This document shows, piece after piece, positions 25,216 through 37,649 of a DNA stretch of 64,000 nt. A program made the translations under genes and the position numbers. This stretch comes from Octopus sinensis. Lineage: Eukaryota. The number at the start of each line of letters is the position of its first letter. Positions within the stretch are counted from its first letter, which is position 1. Below the pieces are notes generated by a model. The model was given only the letters and a program-made list of their open reading frames with translations, did not search any database and had not been told where the DNA came from. The stretch is from contig NC_043020.1 in assembly GCF_006345805.1 (NCBI RefSeq), forward strand, positions 8,680,001 through 8,744,000. Direction: 5' to 3'.

Positions 25216-25979
25216 ATGTATTGTGTATACGTGTGTTTGTATGGTGCTTCACAAGGGTCGGAAAGATCCTAGCGAGACTTATAGCAACATCTAAATAGGA
25301 GTGAAAGAGGATTAAAGCAGATTACTTCCTACATTCTGGTTCTTCTCAGGTTCAGTTTAAGTAAGGGATTCTCTAAATAAGTTTCTCTGAAGCCATGAGT
25401 TAAAACCTCAATATGGTACACAATTAGTGCACATTGAAACTTATCCTGTTGTAGGTGGAGTTGGATACTCCTGCTACTACATACTTAATTATAACTGGGG
25501 TGTTTAGAGTTCTTATATATATATATGTGAGTGTATATAAATTTAAAAAAAATTAGTGTACATTTAAACACAAAGATGCAAGCCTTTAACAGGTTGCCTA
25601 ACATACTAGAAAGAACAGTCAAAGAGTCCAAACCACAGTTAAGAGCAATTTTGAAGGGAATGAAAAATAAAAAAACATTTACCATGCTTTACAGCCGGAC
25701 CTTAGGTTCCGAACTTTAATTAACAAATAAAATAATTTGCAAGGCAAAGTTCTCATTAGCAGATACACCAAAACATTAACATATAAATTAGAGACCAAAT
25801 AACACGTGTCCCATCCTTATATATAATAATTTTTCAAATCCACCGTGCAAGCGCAGTTTCAATCGGCAGCAAATAAAAATTCTGATTAAACTTCAGAAAT
25901 TGCTAAAATCATTTCTTAAATTTATACATGTCTATTGACTTTGTATATATACTAGGCCACTGGTGTATAAATATATGTA

Positions 25980-26550
25980 TATAGGAAGGTGCAGCAATAT
26001 CAGAGGAAGGTTAACAGGGAAACCAGTTTTTGTGTGTGGCAGGTGCACAGGTATGATTAACACTAAAAATGTACATAGGTCTGCTTTGACTCCATCAAAT
26101 CCAAGTGTAGTTGGTAGCGTCCAGTACCAAGGTGACCAAATCAGTAGCAGAGGTGGATGCTCCAAGAGCGTAGCTGCTAGAATAAGAATAGGTTGAGCAA
26201 AATTCAGTGAGCTCCTATTTCTGTTGGTAACAAAGGGCCTCTTCGCCAGAGCGAAAGGCAAATTGTATGATGCCTGTGTGTAAACAGCCATGCTACATGG
26301 CAGTGAAACATGGGCAGTGACTGCTGAGGATATGTGTAGGCTTGAAAGAAATGAAGCTAGTATGCGTTGCTGGATGTGCAATGTTAGTAAGCGTGTATGA
26401 CAGTGTAAGTGCCTTGAGAGAAAAGTAGTGTGTAAGAGAGACGACTGCGTTATGGTCATGTGATGCTGTGGACAGCTGTGTAAAGAAGTGCAGATCTCTA
26501 CCAGTGGAAGGAAACTGTGGAAGAGGGAGACATGGGATGAGGTGGTGAAA
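25980..26550 (+). mobile_element. Decayed RTE-type LINE reverse transcriptase C-terminal fragment
   Basis: YQGDQISSRGGCSKSVAARIRIG*AKFSEL...KGKLYDACV*TAMLHGSETWAV...RLERNE with in-frame stops. Confidence 0.8.
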
Positions 26551-26622
26551 TGCCAGGCTTGCGAAGATCCATCAAACCAAGTGAAATCATCAGCACGGAC
26601 AACAGATGTTAAACAATGATGA

Positions 26623-26662
<40 letters not shown>

Positions 26663-27157
26663 GCACCATCACATAAGGCTGTTACTTACCTGTCTTAAAG
26701 CGTCACCATTTCTCATGTCTTCAGGTTCCTTCCATTTGGATCACTTATCATTTTCCATAAGAAAAACACGGTGCAGCCTTTTCTCTTGCAAAGTTGAGCT
26801 GGTTTCTCTTAAGTCCAGTCTGTCTCTTGGTTTACCTGTAAAGACTCTAGCTCTTGCCTCCTGTACAGAACACCTCTGCAACTTCTCCAGACCTACCTTA
26901 CACTATCAGAAACAGCAGACGGGATGATCCTGGCAGAAAACTTTCGATTATTGCTTTGCTGCATTGAGGCTGACCTAAATCTAAACTACAACACCTACAG
27001 CAACGATTTATTTTAATTTCTGGCACCAAAATCTGGAACGACAATTCCTAGTTCATGGTAATGGTGAAGATGATTTTTAACCATAGATCAGCCCTGACCA
27101 AGCAGACCTATGTGGACATTCCAGCAGTGACTGTCCTGTCTTTTTTTTCCAGAGACA

Positions 27158-27572
27158 ATACCTATTTCTTTATTACCCACAAGGGGCTAAACACAGAGGG
27201 AACAAACAAGGACAGACATAGGTATTAAGTCGATTACATCGACCCCAGTGCGTAACTGGTACTTAATTTATCGACCCTGAAAGGATGAAAGGCAAAGTCG
27301 ACCTCGGCGGAATTTGAACTCACAACGTAACGCAGACGAAATACCTATTTCTTTATTACCCACAAGGGGCTAAACACAGAAGGAACAAACAAGGACAGAC
27401 ATAGGTATTAAGTCGATTACATCGACCCCAGTTCGTAACTGGTACTTAATTTATCGACCCCGAAAGGATGAAAGGCAAAGTCGACCTCGGCGGAATTTGA
27501 ACTCACAACATAACGCAGACGAAATACCGCTAAGCATTTCGCCCGGCGTGCTAACGTTTCTGTCAGCTCGCC
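27158..27572 (-). mobile_element. SINE family B with internal 182-bp tandem duplication and target-site duplication
   Basis: TTCCAGAGACAATACC at 27147-27162 and 27573-27588; body repeated at 27160 and 27342. Confidence 0.85.
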
Positions 27573-27798
27573 TTCCAGAGACAATACCACTAGGACTATG
27601 TTCTCCAATGTGTCCTTTTCAGATCACTATGTTAAAAAAAAGGGAATATTTAGCTACCATTCTCAAAAAGACAACCATATATGGCATCCTTTCGTTGCCC
27701 CTTTCATGCTGAATACACTTGGCTCTTTTATCTTCTTTTACTTGAAAAATCCCAAAGTATTTAGTTTCTTGAAGGATGGAAAATAAAAATAGTGATAA

Positions 27799-28344
27799 TC
27801 TTTATATATAAAAGTGAAGTTGTGTGCTGTCTGTCTCCTACGATTTAGATTCCTAACTACTCCCACATTTTGCGGTGCAGTTTAACCAAAACCGGGTATC
27901 TTATAGTCGTGATTCATATCGAGCCCTTCTGGGTATTAGCGCGCGTCTACGATGAGTCTACGATTTAAAAAAAAATTTACCATCATTTTTTTCGCTATTA
28001 TATAAGGGAAGTAAGTCTCTAAAAATGTCTACAATGAGTCAACGATTTAAAAAAAAATTTACCATTATTTTTTTCGCTATTATATAAGGGAAGTAAGTCT
28101 CTAAAAATGTCTACGATGAGTCTACGATTTAAAAAAAAATTTACCATCATTTTTTTCGCTATTATATAAGGGAAGTAACTCTCTAAAAATGTCTACAATG
28201 AGTCAACGATTTAAAAAAAAATTTACCATAATTTTTTTTCCATTTTTAATGCATTTTTTTTGCTATTTTTTGGCTATAACTCTCTAAAAATGCTTATATA
28301 GTTATTTCCCTTACAAACCCAAGCAACGCCGGGCGATACTGATA
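27799..28344 (+). mobile_element. Non-autonomous Helitron with internal ~85-bp tandem expansion
   Basis: A|TCTTTATATATAAAA start; CCCAAGCAACGCCGGG near the end; CTAG terminus mutated. Confidence 0.8.
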
Positions 28345-28673
28345 ATAAATAATAAAAAGAAAATAACAAAATTACATTGAGATTTTTGTCTTTAATTAAA
28401 GGCATGAGGAAGTGTGTGGCATGTTTGTGGTGAGTATGAGACCTACAACAAAAAAAATAACTATGTACGTATGTATGTATCTACATAGCATACACGTGGT
28501 TGCTTGATGCGCTAGAAATAGCAACCATACCTGATCCTCTTATGAACGTCAGTGGACATGTGTACCTTAGGATGATGAGGTATTGGATACATGATCAAAG
28601 TCCGAACATACTGCATCATAAGTCTATCTGCTCAAACAGGAGCTGTCCTGGTGTTATATGTCAACAACATATA

Positions 28674-28717
<44 letters not shown>

Positions 28718-28750
28718 AGACAGATATTGTCTGTTAGGAATACTGTGGAA

Positions 28751-28904
28751 TTATTTGAAGTCGAACTGAATCTTGACGAGATATTTCATTTTCACTTGCC
28801 TCGTGTCGTAGACAACATATTCATTGTAATTTAAGGTGTAACCGGCCGGATTAACAACACCAGTGTCTGAACCAGCACCATTTGGTATGATCATACCATC
28901 TTTC
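28751..28904 (-). CDS. PARP2: PARP2-like terminal exon, distal duplicate copy
   Basis: Same translation and acceptor as 29605-29758, 854 bp away; part of a tandem duplication. Confidence 0.75.
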
Positions 28905-29533
28905 CTGTAAAGAAACACAGAAGTATAAGGATAGAATGACAAACAGTGCATGTGCTAAATGTGTGTGTGTGTAGGATTATGGAATATGTATATGTCAGTG
29001 TTGGTACTGCATAACTGAAATATGTGTGTGTGTGTGTGTATATATAACCAAATCAAAATAGATGAACATCAATGGAATTTGTATCTTTGTGGTACCAGTG
29101 CCGGTGGCACATAAGAAAACCATCCGAACGTGGCCGTAGCCAGTACTGCATCGACTGGCCTCCATGCTGTGGGCACGTAACAAACACCATCCGATCGTGG
29201 CCGTTCGCCAGCCTCGTCTGGCACCTGTGTCGGTGGCACATAAAAAACACCATCCAAGCGTGGCCGTTCGCCAGCCTCGTCTGGCACCTGTGCGGGTGGC
29301 ATGTAAAAAGCACCCACTACACTCACAGAGTGGTTGGCGTTAGGAAGGGCATCCAGCCGTAGAAACACTGCCAGATCTGATTGGGCCTGATGAAGCCTTC
29401 CAGCTTCACAGACCCCAGTTGAACCGTGCAACCCATGCTAGCATGGAAAACGGACGCTAAATGATGATGATGATATATATATATATATACGTGTGTGTAT
29501 GCAGTAGTAAATGTGAAATGTGTGTGCCTATAT

Positions 29534-29569
<36 letters not shown>

Positions 29570-29604
29570 GGAGACAGATATTGTCTGTTAGGAATACTGT
29601 GGAA

Positions 29605-29758
29605 TTATTTGAAGTCGAACTGAATCTTGACGAGATATTTCATTTTCACTTGCCTCGTGTCGTAGACAACATATTCATTGTAATTTAAGGTGTAACCGGC
29701 CGGATTAACAACACCAGTGTCTGAACCAGCACCATTTGGTATGATCATACCATCTTTC
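29605..29758 (-). CDS. PARP2: PARP2-like terminal exon (catalytic Glu), proximal copy
   Basis: ttacag|G; KDGMIIPNGAGSDTGVVNPAGYTLNYNEYVVYDTRQVKMKYLVKIQFDFK*; LxYNEY motif. Confidence 0.94.
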
Positions 29759-30492
29759 CTGTAAAGAAACACAGAAGTATAAGGATAGAATGACAAACAG
29801 TGCATGTGCTAAATGTGTGTGTGTGTAGGATTATGGAATATGTATATGTCAGTGTTGGTACTGCATAACTGAAATATGTGTGTGTGTGTGTGTGTGTGTA
29901 TATAACCAAATCAAAATAGATGAACATCAATGGAATTTGTATCTTTGTGGTACCAGTGCCGGTGGCACATAAGAAAACCATCCGAACGTGGCCGTAGCCA
30001 GTACTGCATCGACTGGCCTCCATGCTGTGGGCACGTAACAAACACCATCCGATCGTGGCCGTTCGCCAGCCTTGTCTGGCACCTGTGTCGGTGGCACATA
30101 AAAAACACCATCCGAGTGTGGCCGTTCGCCAGCCTCGTCTGGCACCTGTGCGGGTGGCATGTAAAAAGCACCCACTACACTCACGGAGTGGTTGGCGTTA
30201 GGAAGGGCATCCAGCCGTAGAAACACTGCCAGATCTGATTGGGCCTGATGAAGCCTTCCAGCTTCACAGACCCCAGTTGAACCGTGCAACCCATGCTAGC
30301 ATGGAAAACGGACGCTAAATGATGATGATGATATATGTATATATGTATAAATGATGATGATATATATATATATATACGTGTGTGTATGCAGTAGTAAATG
30401 TGAAATGTGTGTGCCTATATGTATATATATATATATATATATATAGGGTGGGATGAGTAATTAAAAAAAAAATAATATTTAGAAATACTTAC

Positions 30493-30617
30493 TGTGTTTG
30501 GTAACTGCTGGGGTGAGGGGCCACACGACCAAGTCCCTTGACACTGTTTTTGCCTGGAGGTAGTCTGTCCGCATAATAGTTGGCTTCTAACAGCTCGTGA
30601 ATTTCACCAAGTGACAC
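30493..30617 (-). CDS. PARP2: PARP2-like exon (catalytic domain)
   Basis: gaccag|GTG...CA|gtaagt; VSLGEIHELLEANYYADRLPPGKNSVKGLGRVAPHPSSYQT. Confidence 0.94.
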
Positions 30618-31265
30618 CTGGTCAAAGGTTGATATTTTGTTAGAAAAAGAAAATATTATCAGATGACAATTTAAGCATCAGGAAACACAGAAATCAAACA
30701 AACCACCATTGTATATATCAAACATAATTATCAGACAACCATGAACCAATACAGAAACCATCAGACAATGAATAAACCATCAGACAACAGAAATCATCAA
30801 GCTACCATCATATAAATCATCAAACATAATTATCATACAACCATTAACCAATAAACTGTCAGACAACACAGAAATCATCAAACAAGCCACCACCATATAT
30901 ATCATCAAACACAACTATCAGACATTATCAGACTATCCAGCAGCCATTAGTCAAGCCATAAAAGAACCACCACATCATAAATCCTTAATCACATGGTGAC
31001 AAAGAATCAAGCACACATAAATCAACAAACCATCACTCACCATCAAACAAACCATCAAACAAAGGGGAAGTAACTGCAACTATGCTTGATGGACAACTTG
31101 CTTTGCCATGCAAAAAATTCCAGAGTACAAAACAATTTACTTCTACATAAGGCTCACTGAAAACACTTTTAAGAGAAGGTTCTACCAACATGTCTAGTTG
31201 TTATAACCTCAAATACATACACATACATTCGAGTGAAGAACATTCAGTTAGCAGATAATTCTTAC

Positions 31266-31364
31266 CTCACAAAGAAGTGCCAGACCAATATTTCTTTTCT
31301 TTGTTGCAAAACAATAATTGGCACTCTTACTGGACATATCAGCAAAATATATTCCTTTACCAAA
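31266..31364 (-). CDS. PARP2: PARP2-like exon (catalytic Tyr)
   Basis: ccacag|TTT...GAG|gtaag; [33 protein letters not shown]. Confidence 0.96.
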
Positions 31365-32763
31365 CTGTGGAAAGAATGCAGAGTCAGTTTTAGATTGGGA
31401 GTCTGATACAAAAGAGTAAGATGAGGTTGTATGACACAACAATGAAATGTGAGTGGATTTGGCAGATGGAAACTGAGAGAAGCCCATCATGTTTCTATGT
31501 GTATGTATCTGTATGAATGTGTGTTTCTTTGTTTTGTCATTGCATGATAGTTGTAAACGAGTGCCACTAATTATACAGGTAGTGTCAATTATTTCCTATA
31601 TTCAGTCAAGACCGACAGACCAAGGGAAAATGCTTCCTTGTCACAGAAAATCTGCCTTAACCCTTTCGTATTCAAACTGGCCATATCCAGCCAGAATATC
31701 CCATTCATTTTATGTTCAAACTGACCAGATTGGGTCTCTCACACCTACTCTACAATGTCATTCTAAAAATAAACCATCACATCATTGAAATCCTAAAGCT
31801 ACAAGATAATGCACAATTAATTCAAAACGATGTGAATAAATAAGCATTACATTTTATAATGTCTGGCACCTGTGCAGGTGGCACGTAAAAAGCACCCACT
31901 ACACTCACGGAGTGGTTGGCGTTAGGAAGGGCATCCAGCTGTAGAAACACTGCCAGATCTGACTGGCCTGATGCAGCCTTCGGGTTTCCCAGACCCCAGT
32001 TGAACTGTCCAACCCATGCTAGCATGGAAAGCGGACGTTAAACGATGATGATGATGATGATGTTAAGGGCCAGATTTAAACTGGCCACATCTAGCTTCTC
32101 ACACCTACCCTACAATGCGAGTCTAAAAATAAGCAATCACATCACTGAAATCTCAAAGCTATGAGATAATGTACAATTAATTCAAAACAATATGATGATG
32201 TTAATAAATAAGCAGAAGATTTAACAGAGGAATCCGAATGCTAAAAAGACTGAACCTGGAACCATGCGTTTACGAGGAAGTGAACATAACCACACTACCA
32301 TCGCCACACCTGGCCCCAGGTTCTGTACTCTTGTGAGCTGCATGGCAACCTTAATAATGCTGGTGGTACAAAAAAATGCACCCAGTCCGTGCTGTTAGGG
32401 TATTAAGCTGAAGAAACTATGCTAAAGCAGACGGTGGTGTATGATGCAGTCCTTGGACTCCACTGGACTCTCTCAGACTCTCCCCTCCACACCAGCATGG
32501 AACTCTCTCTCTCTCTCTCTTTCGGAGAGGCACAAGCACCTACACGCACATATACACACACGGCAGTAACTTCCGCCTGCCGAATTCAATGACAAAGCTT
32601 CGGTCGGCTCGGGGCTATAGCGGAAGACACCTACGCAAAGTGCCACGCAGTGGGACCGAACCCGAAACCATGTAGCTAGGAAGCAAGCTCCCTAACCACA
32701 TGAACATGGATGCTAAATGATAACAATGATGTATATGTGTATGTGGATATATATTTTTATAAA

Positions 32764-32838
32764 TACAAGGTGTCCATAAATTATCTTTACAACTTCCACA
32801 CTTCAAATTGTATAAAGGTAATTTATGGGCACCCTATT
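32764..32838. mobile_element. Miniature (~75 bp) Tc1/mariner-type MITE, almost pure TIRs
   Basis: Same left TIR as 24053; right TIR TTGTATAAAGGTAATTTATGGGCACCCT follows a ~15-bp spacer. Confidence 0.7.
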
Positions 32839-32977
32839 ATGTGCATGTATGTATACATATCTATGTGTATGTGCATGCATGTGTGTGGTGTGTGTGTGTG
32901 TACGTGCAGGTGTTGCAAGTATGGATAAACGGATAAATAGTAATAAAGGTGGAATATAATCTAAGGTAAACTCTGAC

Positions 32978-33077
32978 CATATCACCAGTGACAGGGGCTT
33001 CCGGTGGTGCTATACGTAGTCCACGACTGAGAATACCGACCCAGTTAGTAAGACGAGATCCATGCCATAACAACATT
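32978..33077 (-). CDS. PARP2: PARP2-like exon (catalytic His, D-loop)
   Basis: ttctag|A...ATG|gtcaga; [33 protein letters not shown]. Confidence 0.96.
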
Positions 33078-33430
33078 CTAGAAAATAAAGAACACAAAAC
33101 ACTTACAGAATGTAGAATGAACAACAACAACAACAACAATAAACAATTTGAAAAGAGATTTTAATCATTGAAATGTGGTTATGTTTTTTAGTTGAAATCC
33201 TGTCTAATTTGATAAAATAAGTCCCTGCTATTTACTGTGTCTGTAACTATATGTGAGGTTTGGATGATGTCGTAGGCCTGTAATACTCAGTGACAGGTGT
33301 CCATCATTGTCGTTGTTTACTGTCTGTTTTCCATGCTGGCATGGGTTGGACAGTTTGACAAGAACTGGGTCGCTGGGTAGTTGTCGAGTCTCCAAACTGC
33401 CTGTTGTCACATGGTTTCTATAACCGGATA

Positions 33431-33814
33431 GTGGAGGTGCAATGGCCCAGTGGTTAGGGCAGCGGACTCGTAGTCATAGGATCGCGGTTTCGATTCCCAG
33501 ACTGGGCGTTGTGAGTGTTTATTGAGCGAAAACACCTAAAGCTCCACGAGCCTCCGGCAGGGGATGGTGGTGATCCCTGCTGTACTCTTTCACCACAACT
33601 TTCTCTCACTCTTACTTCCTGTTTCTGTTGTACCTGTATTTCAAAGGGCCGGCCTTGTCACTCTCTGTGTCACGCTGAATATCCCCGAGAACTACGTTAA
33701 GGGTGCACGTGTCTGTGGAGTGCTCAGCCACTTACACGTTAATTTCACGAGCAGGCTGTTCCGTTGATTTGGATCAACCGGAACCCTCGTCGTCGTAACC
33801 GACGGAGTGCTTCC
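33431..33814 (+). mobile_element. SINE family C with 10-bp TSD
   Basis: TSD ATAACCGGAT at 33420-33429 and 33815-33824; nested in an older family D copy. Confidence 0.88.
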
Positions 33815-34296
33815 ATAACCGGATGCCCTGCCTAACACCAACCACTTTACAGAGTGTGCTGGGAGCTTTTAACCACTTAGTTGAAAACAGGTCTATACAG
33901 ATAGTGACCTTCAACCCAGTATATTACTAAACACACACACGCATTATTTAACCACTGTTCAGCAACATTTTTTCGCTGTGAAATCACTTACAGCCTCATG
34001 AGATAATTCACCTGATTATGGACGTTTATAGGATGTTAAAATTGTTGTTGTTTACCCAAATTAAGGAAAACTGTGATGAAAGGTAATGCAACCATGAACA
34101 TCCTGTCATTTCCTCAGACACAGCATCTAATGAGCTGTTATCATAAGGGAGGAGGTTAGAATTTGAGGAAGATTTCATTGCTATTTTTAGTGAGCAAGTC
34201 ATACCCTAAAGTGAATGCAAAAATGGACAACTGCAAACAGCAACTAGAAATATGCAGTCAGTAAACTAAGGTCAAAAATGAGTGACAATAGCAATT

Positions 34297-34535
34297 CTTA
34301 TTCAGGTCACTGCCTGGAATCGAACTTGGAATCTTGGGGTTAGTAGCCAGTGCTCTTAACCACTACGCCATATGCCCGTGGGAAATTATGGAGTGAATTT
34401 TAGGGCTTTTAAATCTAATATTTTCCTATCCTTCCTTAATATTGGTTCCCATATGCTATTTGTATCGGCATTCGGTCTGCGTAGGAGGTTGTTGTGTCCT
34501 AGCATATGTGCTGCTTCTTTTAGTTTTAGCAATTC
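34297..34535 (-). mobile_element. Penelope-like ORF C-terminal remnant followed by the same tRNA-like head
   Basis: Minus strand LKLKEAAHMLGHNNLLRRPNADTNSIWEPILRKDRKILDLKALKFTP* (TAA at 34386-34388) resembles the end of PLE GIY-YIG domains; then GGGCATATGGCGTAGTGGTTAAG...GTTCGATTCCAGGCAGTGACC. Confidence 0.55.
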
Positions 34536-34754
34536 TGTCTGGGTTATTGGGAATGGTGGGGGAAGGGTGGGATTCTGGCCTAAAACTTAGTCACTGGAGT
34601 GAGTTTATCAATATTAACTTTTTTCCCCACCACACATCCTCCTGTGACACACCCAGACATATATATTTGATAATATTTTATACACTTAACACTTATAAGC
34701 GAACACCATGTAATGACTAAAGAAAATAGTCTAATGTTTCCCTGGGCATGGATT

Positions 34755-35120
34755 CACTGAAGCTCCGGCGTCTGGCGACGGACTTGGTAAAAACACCCAC
34801 AAAGTTATCAACCACCTCACCAACAACAACACTGAACACCTTTTAGATCTTCATGTATCTAACACCCGTGGACATGCCTACAAAGTCAGAAAACAACACA
34901 GTTCCCATGACTTTCGGAAACATTTTTTCACGTTCAGAGTTGCTGAAGCATGGAATAAACTGCCGGCATCAGTTGTTGATTGCCATGACACTGCATCCTT
35001 TAAGGCCCTCATGCTTTCTGAAATCTGCCGAAACTACACCTGATTATATATACACTTTAGATGAGTTGTAGTGCACCTGAGCACTGTACACAATTATTAT
35101 TATTATTTATTATTTTATTA
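34755..35120 (+). mobile_element. CR1-like LINE 3' end
   Basis: NTRGHAYKVRKQHSSHDFRKHFFTFRVAEAWNKLPASVV..., (ATT)n tail. Confidence 0.8.
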
Positions 35121-35769
35121 TTGGGGCATATAAGTCCTTGACGGAAAAAAAGTAAGGTTTCCATTACAGAATTGTAAAAATCAACATTACTTACCAAAAA
35201 CCATCATAGAAAACGCACACACACACATATATATAAAGAAAAACAGCACAAGTCAAAAGGATGTACACAGCAAATGTATGAGGTTGATTCTCAGTTTAAG
35301 ATGGACAGAAGAGTGAGTGTGATCTTTTGAGTAAGACTCTTCTTTAGAAAGAGGAAAGGTCTGGAGAGAAGGAAGTGAATAGTCTGAGAAAAAGCATGGA
35401 TGCTGTTACATGGTTTAATTATACAGTTGGGTCCACTGATGGCTGGTGATGGAGTTTTAACTCCTGGCCCTGCAGTTAACAATCCAGGACCTTAGCAACA
35501 CGACCAGTTCGCTCTCTAAATACACATGCATATAATATACGCTGACGCGCATACAGTGTTGGTGACAATGTGGAGAAGAACTCAATACAGGTGTAAAGTA
35601 TAGTAGCTTATTTAAGCTGGCCCAGTGGCACAGTCTGACTTGTCTAAAGAAGTGGCCACATGCTGTTGACACTCCAGAGTAACAGGCCACCAGTTTAAAT
35701 AAACCACATGTGTGTGCGTGCATGCGCATAGCTGCACACACACACACACACACCACAGTATAAATATAA

Positions 35770-35894
35770 TGGTGTCAGTGGTAGTAGTAATAGTGGTAGT
35801 GATAGTAATAGTAGTAGTAGTGGTGGTGGTAATAATAGTAGTAGTGGTGGTGGTGATAGTACTAGTGGTTGTGATGGTGATAGTAGTAGTAGTA
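35770..35894. repeat. (GTA/GTG)n compound microsatellite adjacent to a PARP splice donor
   Basis: Directly visible. Confidence 0.9.
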
Positions 35895-35898
35895 TTAC

Positions 35899-36023
35899 CT
35901 GTTCCCATAATCAATGAACTTGCTGTGTTCAGCCATTTTCGTGCAGCCGTACACTTCGAGGAGCTGCATTCGATAACTGTTGTGGGTGACAGCATGAGTG
36001 TTTTGGAGGTAGTTGCTCACAAG
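35899..36023 (-). CDS. PARP2: PARP2-like exon (catalytic domain)
   Basis: ttgcag|CTT...AG|gtaat; LVSNYLQNTHAVTHNSYRMQLLEVYGCTKMAEHSKFIDYGN. Confidence 0.92.
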
Positions 36024-36113
36024 CTGCAAAATACAGGCAACAAATCAGTTTAGGCCATTTACTTAGTTACCATGACAACATCTAGACACAGAGTATTTAA
36101 AAAAAAATTTTTA

Positions 36114-36274
36114 CGCTGTGTGGTAAGTAGCTTGTTTACCAACAACGTGGTTCCAGGGTTCAGTCCCACTGCGTGGCACCTTGGGCAAGTATCTTCTACT
36201 ATAGCCCCGGGCCGACCAAAGCCTTGTGAGTGGATTTGGTAGATGGAAACTGAAAGAAGCCCGTCGTATGTATG

Positions 36275-36311
<37 letters not shown>

Positions 36312-36517
36312 GTGTGTGTGTTTGTCCCCCTAGCATTGCTTGACAACCGATGCTGGTGTGTTTATGCCCCCGTTACTTAGCGGTTCGGCAAAAGAGACCG
36401 ATAGAATAAGTACTGGGCTTACAGAAGAATAAGTCCCGGGGTCAAGTTGCTCGATTAAAGGCGGTGCTCCAGCATGGCCGCAGTCAAATGACTGAAACAA
36501 GTAAAAGAGTAAAGAGA
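36114..36517 (+). mobile_element. SINE family A
   Basis: Sequence identity to the family. Confidence 0.85.
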
Positions 36518-37517
36518 GGCAGATGCGTCTTTGCCCACACACACCTCTCCCACCCACATCTTCACAGCCAAGGAAGGAAGGGTCCAGGGTCCAAATCTGA
36601 CAGGACATAACCAGATGATCCTTTATTTTTGGCTTGTTTCAGTCATGATTGAGGCCATGCTGGGGCACCACCTTGAAGGGTTTAGTTGAACAAATCATTC
36701 CCAGTATTTATTTTTTAAAGTCTAGCACTTATCATTTTGGGCTATTTTGCCAAACTGCTAGTTATGAGGATATAAACAAACCATCACCAGTTGTCAAGCA
36801 GTGGTGGGGAACAAGTGCTCTCACACACAATGGATTTCTTTCAGTTTCTGTTGACCAAATCCATTTTCAAGGCTAGAGACCAGTGCTACTCAAAGTGGTG
36901 GTCCATGGACCTGTGCCGTTTAGCGAGCCATCAGCTGCCGGTACACAGTGAGTTTTCAGAACAGAAAGAAATATTATCAAATGCTTATGTAATATTGTAC
37001 TATTTGTTTACAAAATAAATATAAGATAAAAAAAATTATGTAGAACATAAACAAAAAAGAAACTGAAACACATTTGGTGTCGACATTATCTTGGGTAGAA
37101 GAAAGCTACTCAGAATTACAAAATGATTGATAATCAAGTAATGTGTGCAGTTCCATACAAAAATTCTGTATAGAATATTAGCCAATAACTCATTTTCTAT
37201 GGAAATGTTTGAGCAAATTTTAGATAATTTTATATTTTGTTGAATTTATCTGTAACTTGATTGACTCAAACAAAAGTCATGCAACAAATTTAGTTAAGGA
37301 CCTTTTGTTAAATTCTGCTCCAAAAATCACATTAATATATTGATAAATAAAAAGTTGGGATTGTTTTATGAAACCAATCTAAATTCATAATTATTTTAGA
37401 ATCTAATTGAAACACACAGAGGGTAAATTTTGGTTAGAAATATGATAACAGAAGGGTTAATGATTATGATTTTAAAAATCCTCCAATCATCTTAGGATGA
37501 GCTGTAAGATGCCTTAC

Positions 37518-37649
37518 CTTGAAATCCGGATGATCTGAAGAGATGGGTAAGAGCTCGCATTCCAGAGATTTGTAAGTCTTGTCGATGGGGTTTTCTGACA
37601 TGTCCCCTTGTTTCAGGATATTGATGGCAATCTCTATATCTCCTAAGGC
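37518..37649 (-). CDS. PARP2: PARP2-like exon (regulatory/catalytic junction)
   Basis: tcacag|GCC...AAG|gtaagg; ALGDIEIAINILKQGDMSENPIDKTYKSLECELLPISSDHPDFK. Confidence 0.94.

Larger units (their letters stand above)
28715..30415. repeat. Tandem duplication of ~855 bp including the PARP terminal exon
   Basis: 28715-29528 matches 29570-30415; (TA)n tracts at both ends and at the junction. Confidence 0.95.

Noticed and set aside
34305-34378. Functional tRNA gene (ACT anticodon)
   Set aside because: Acceptor and T stems pair poorly and it sits in a repeat; treated as a tRNA-derived head.
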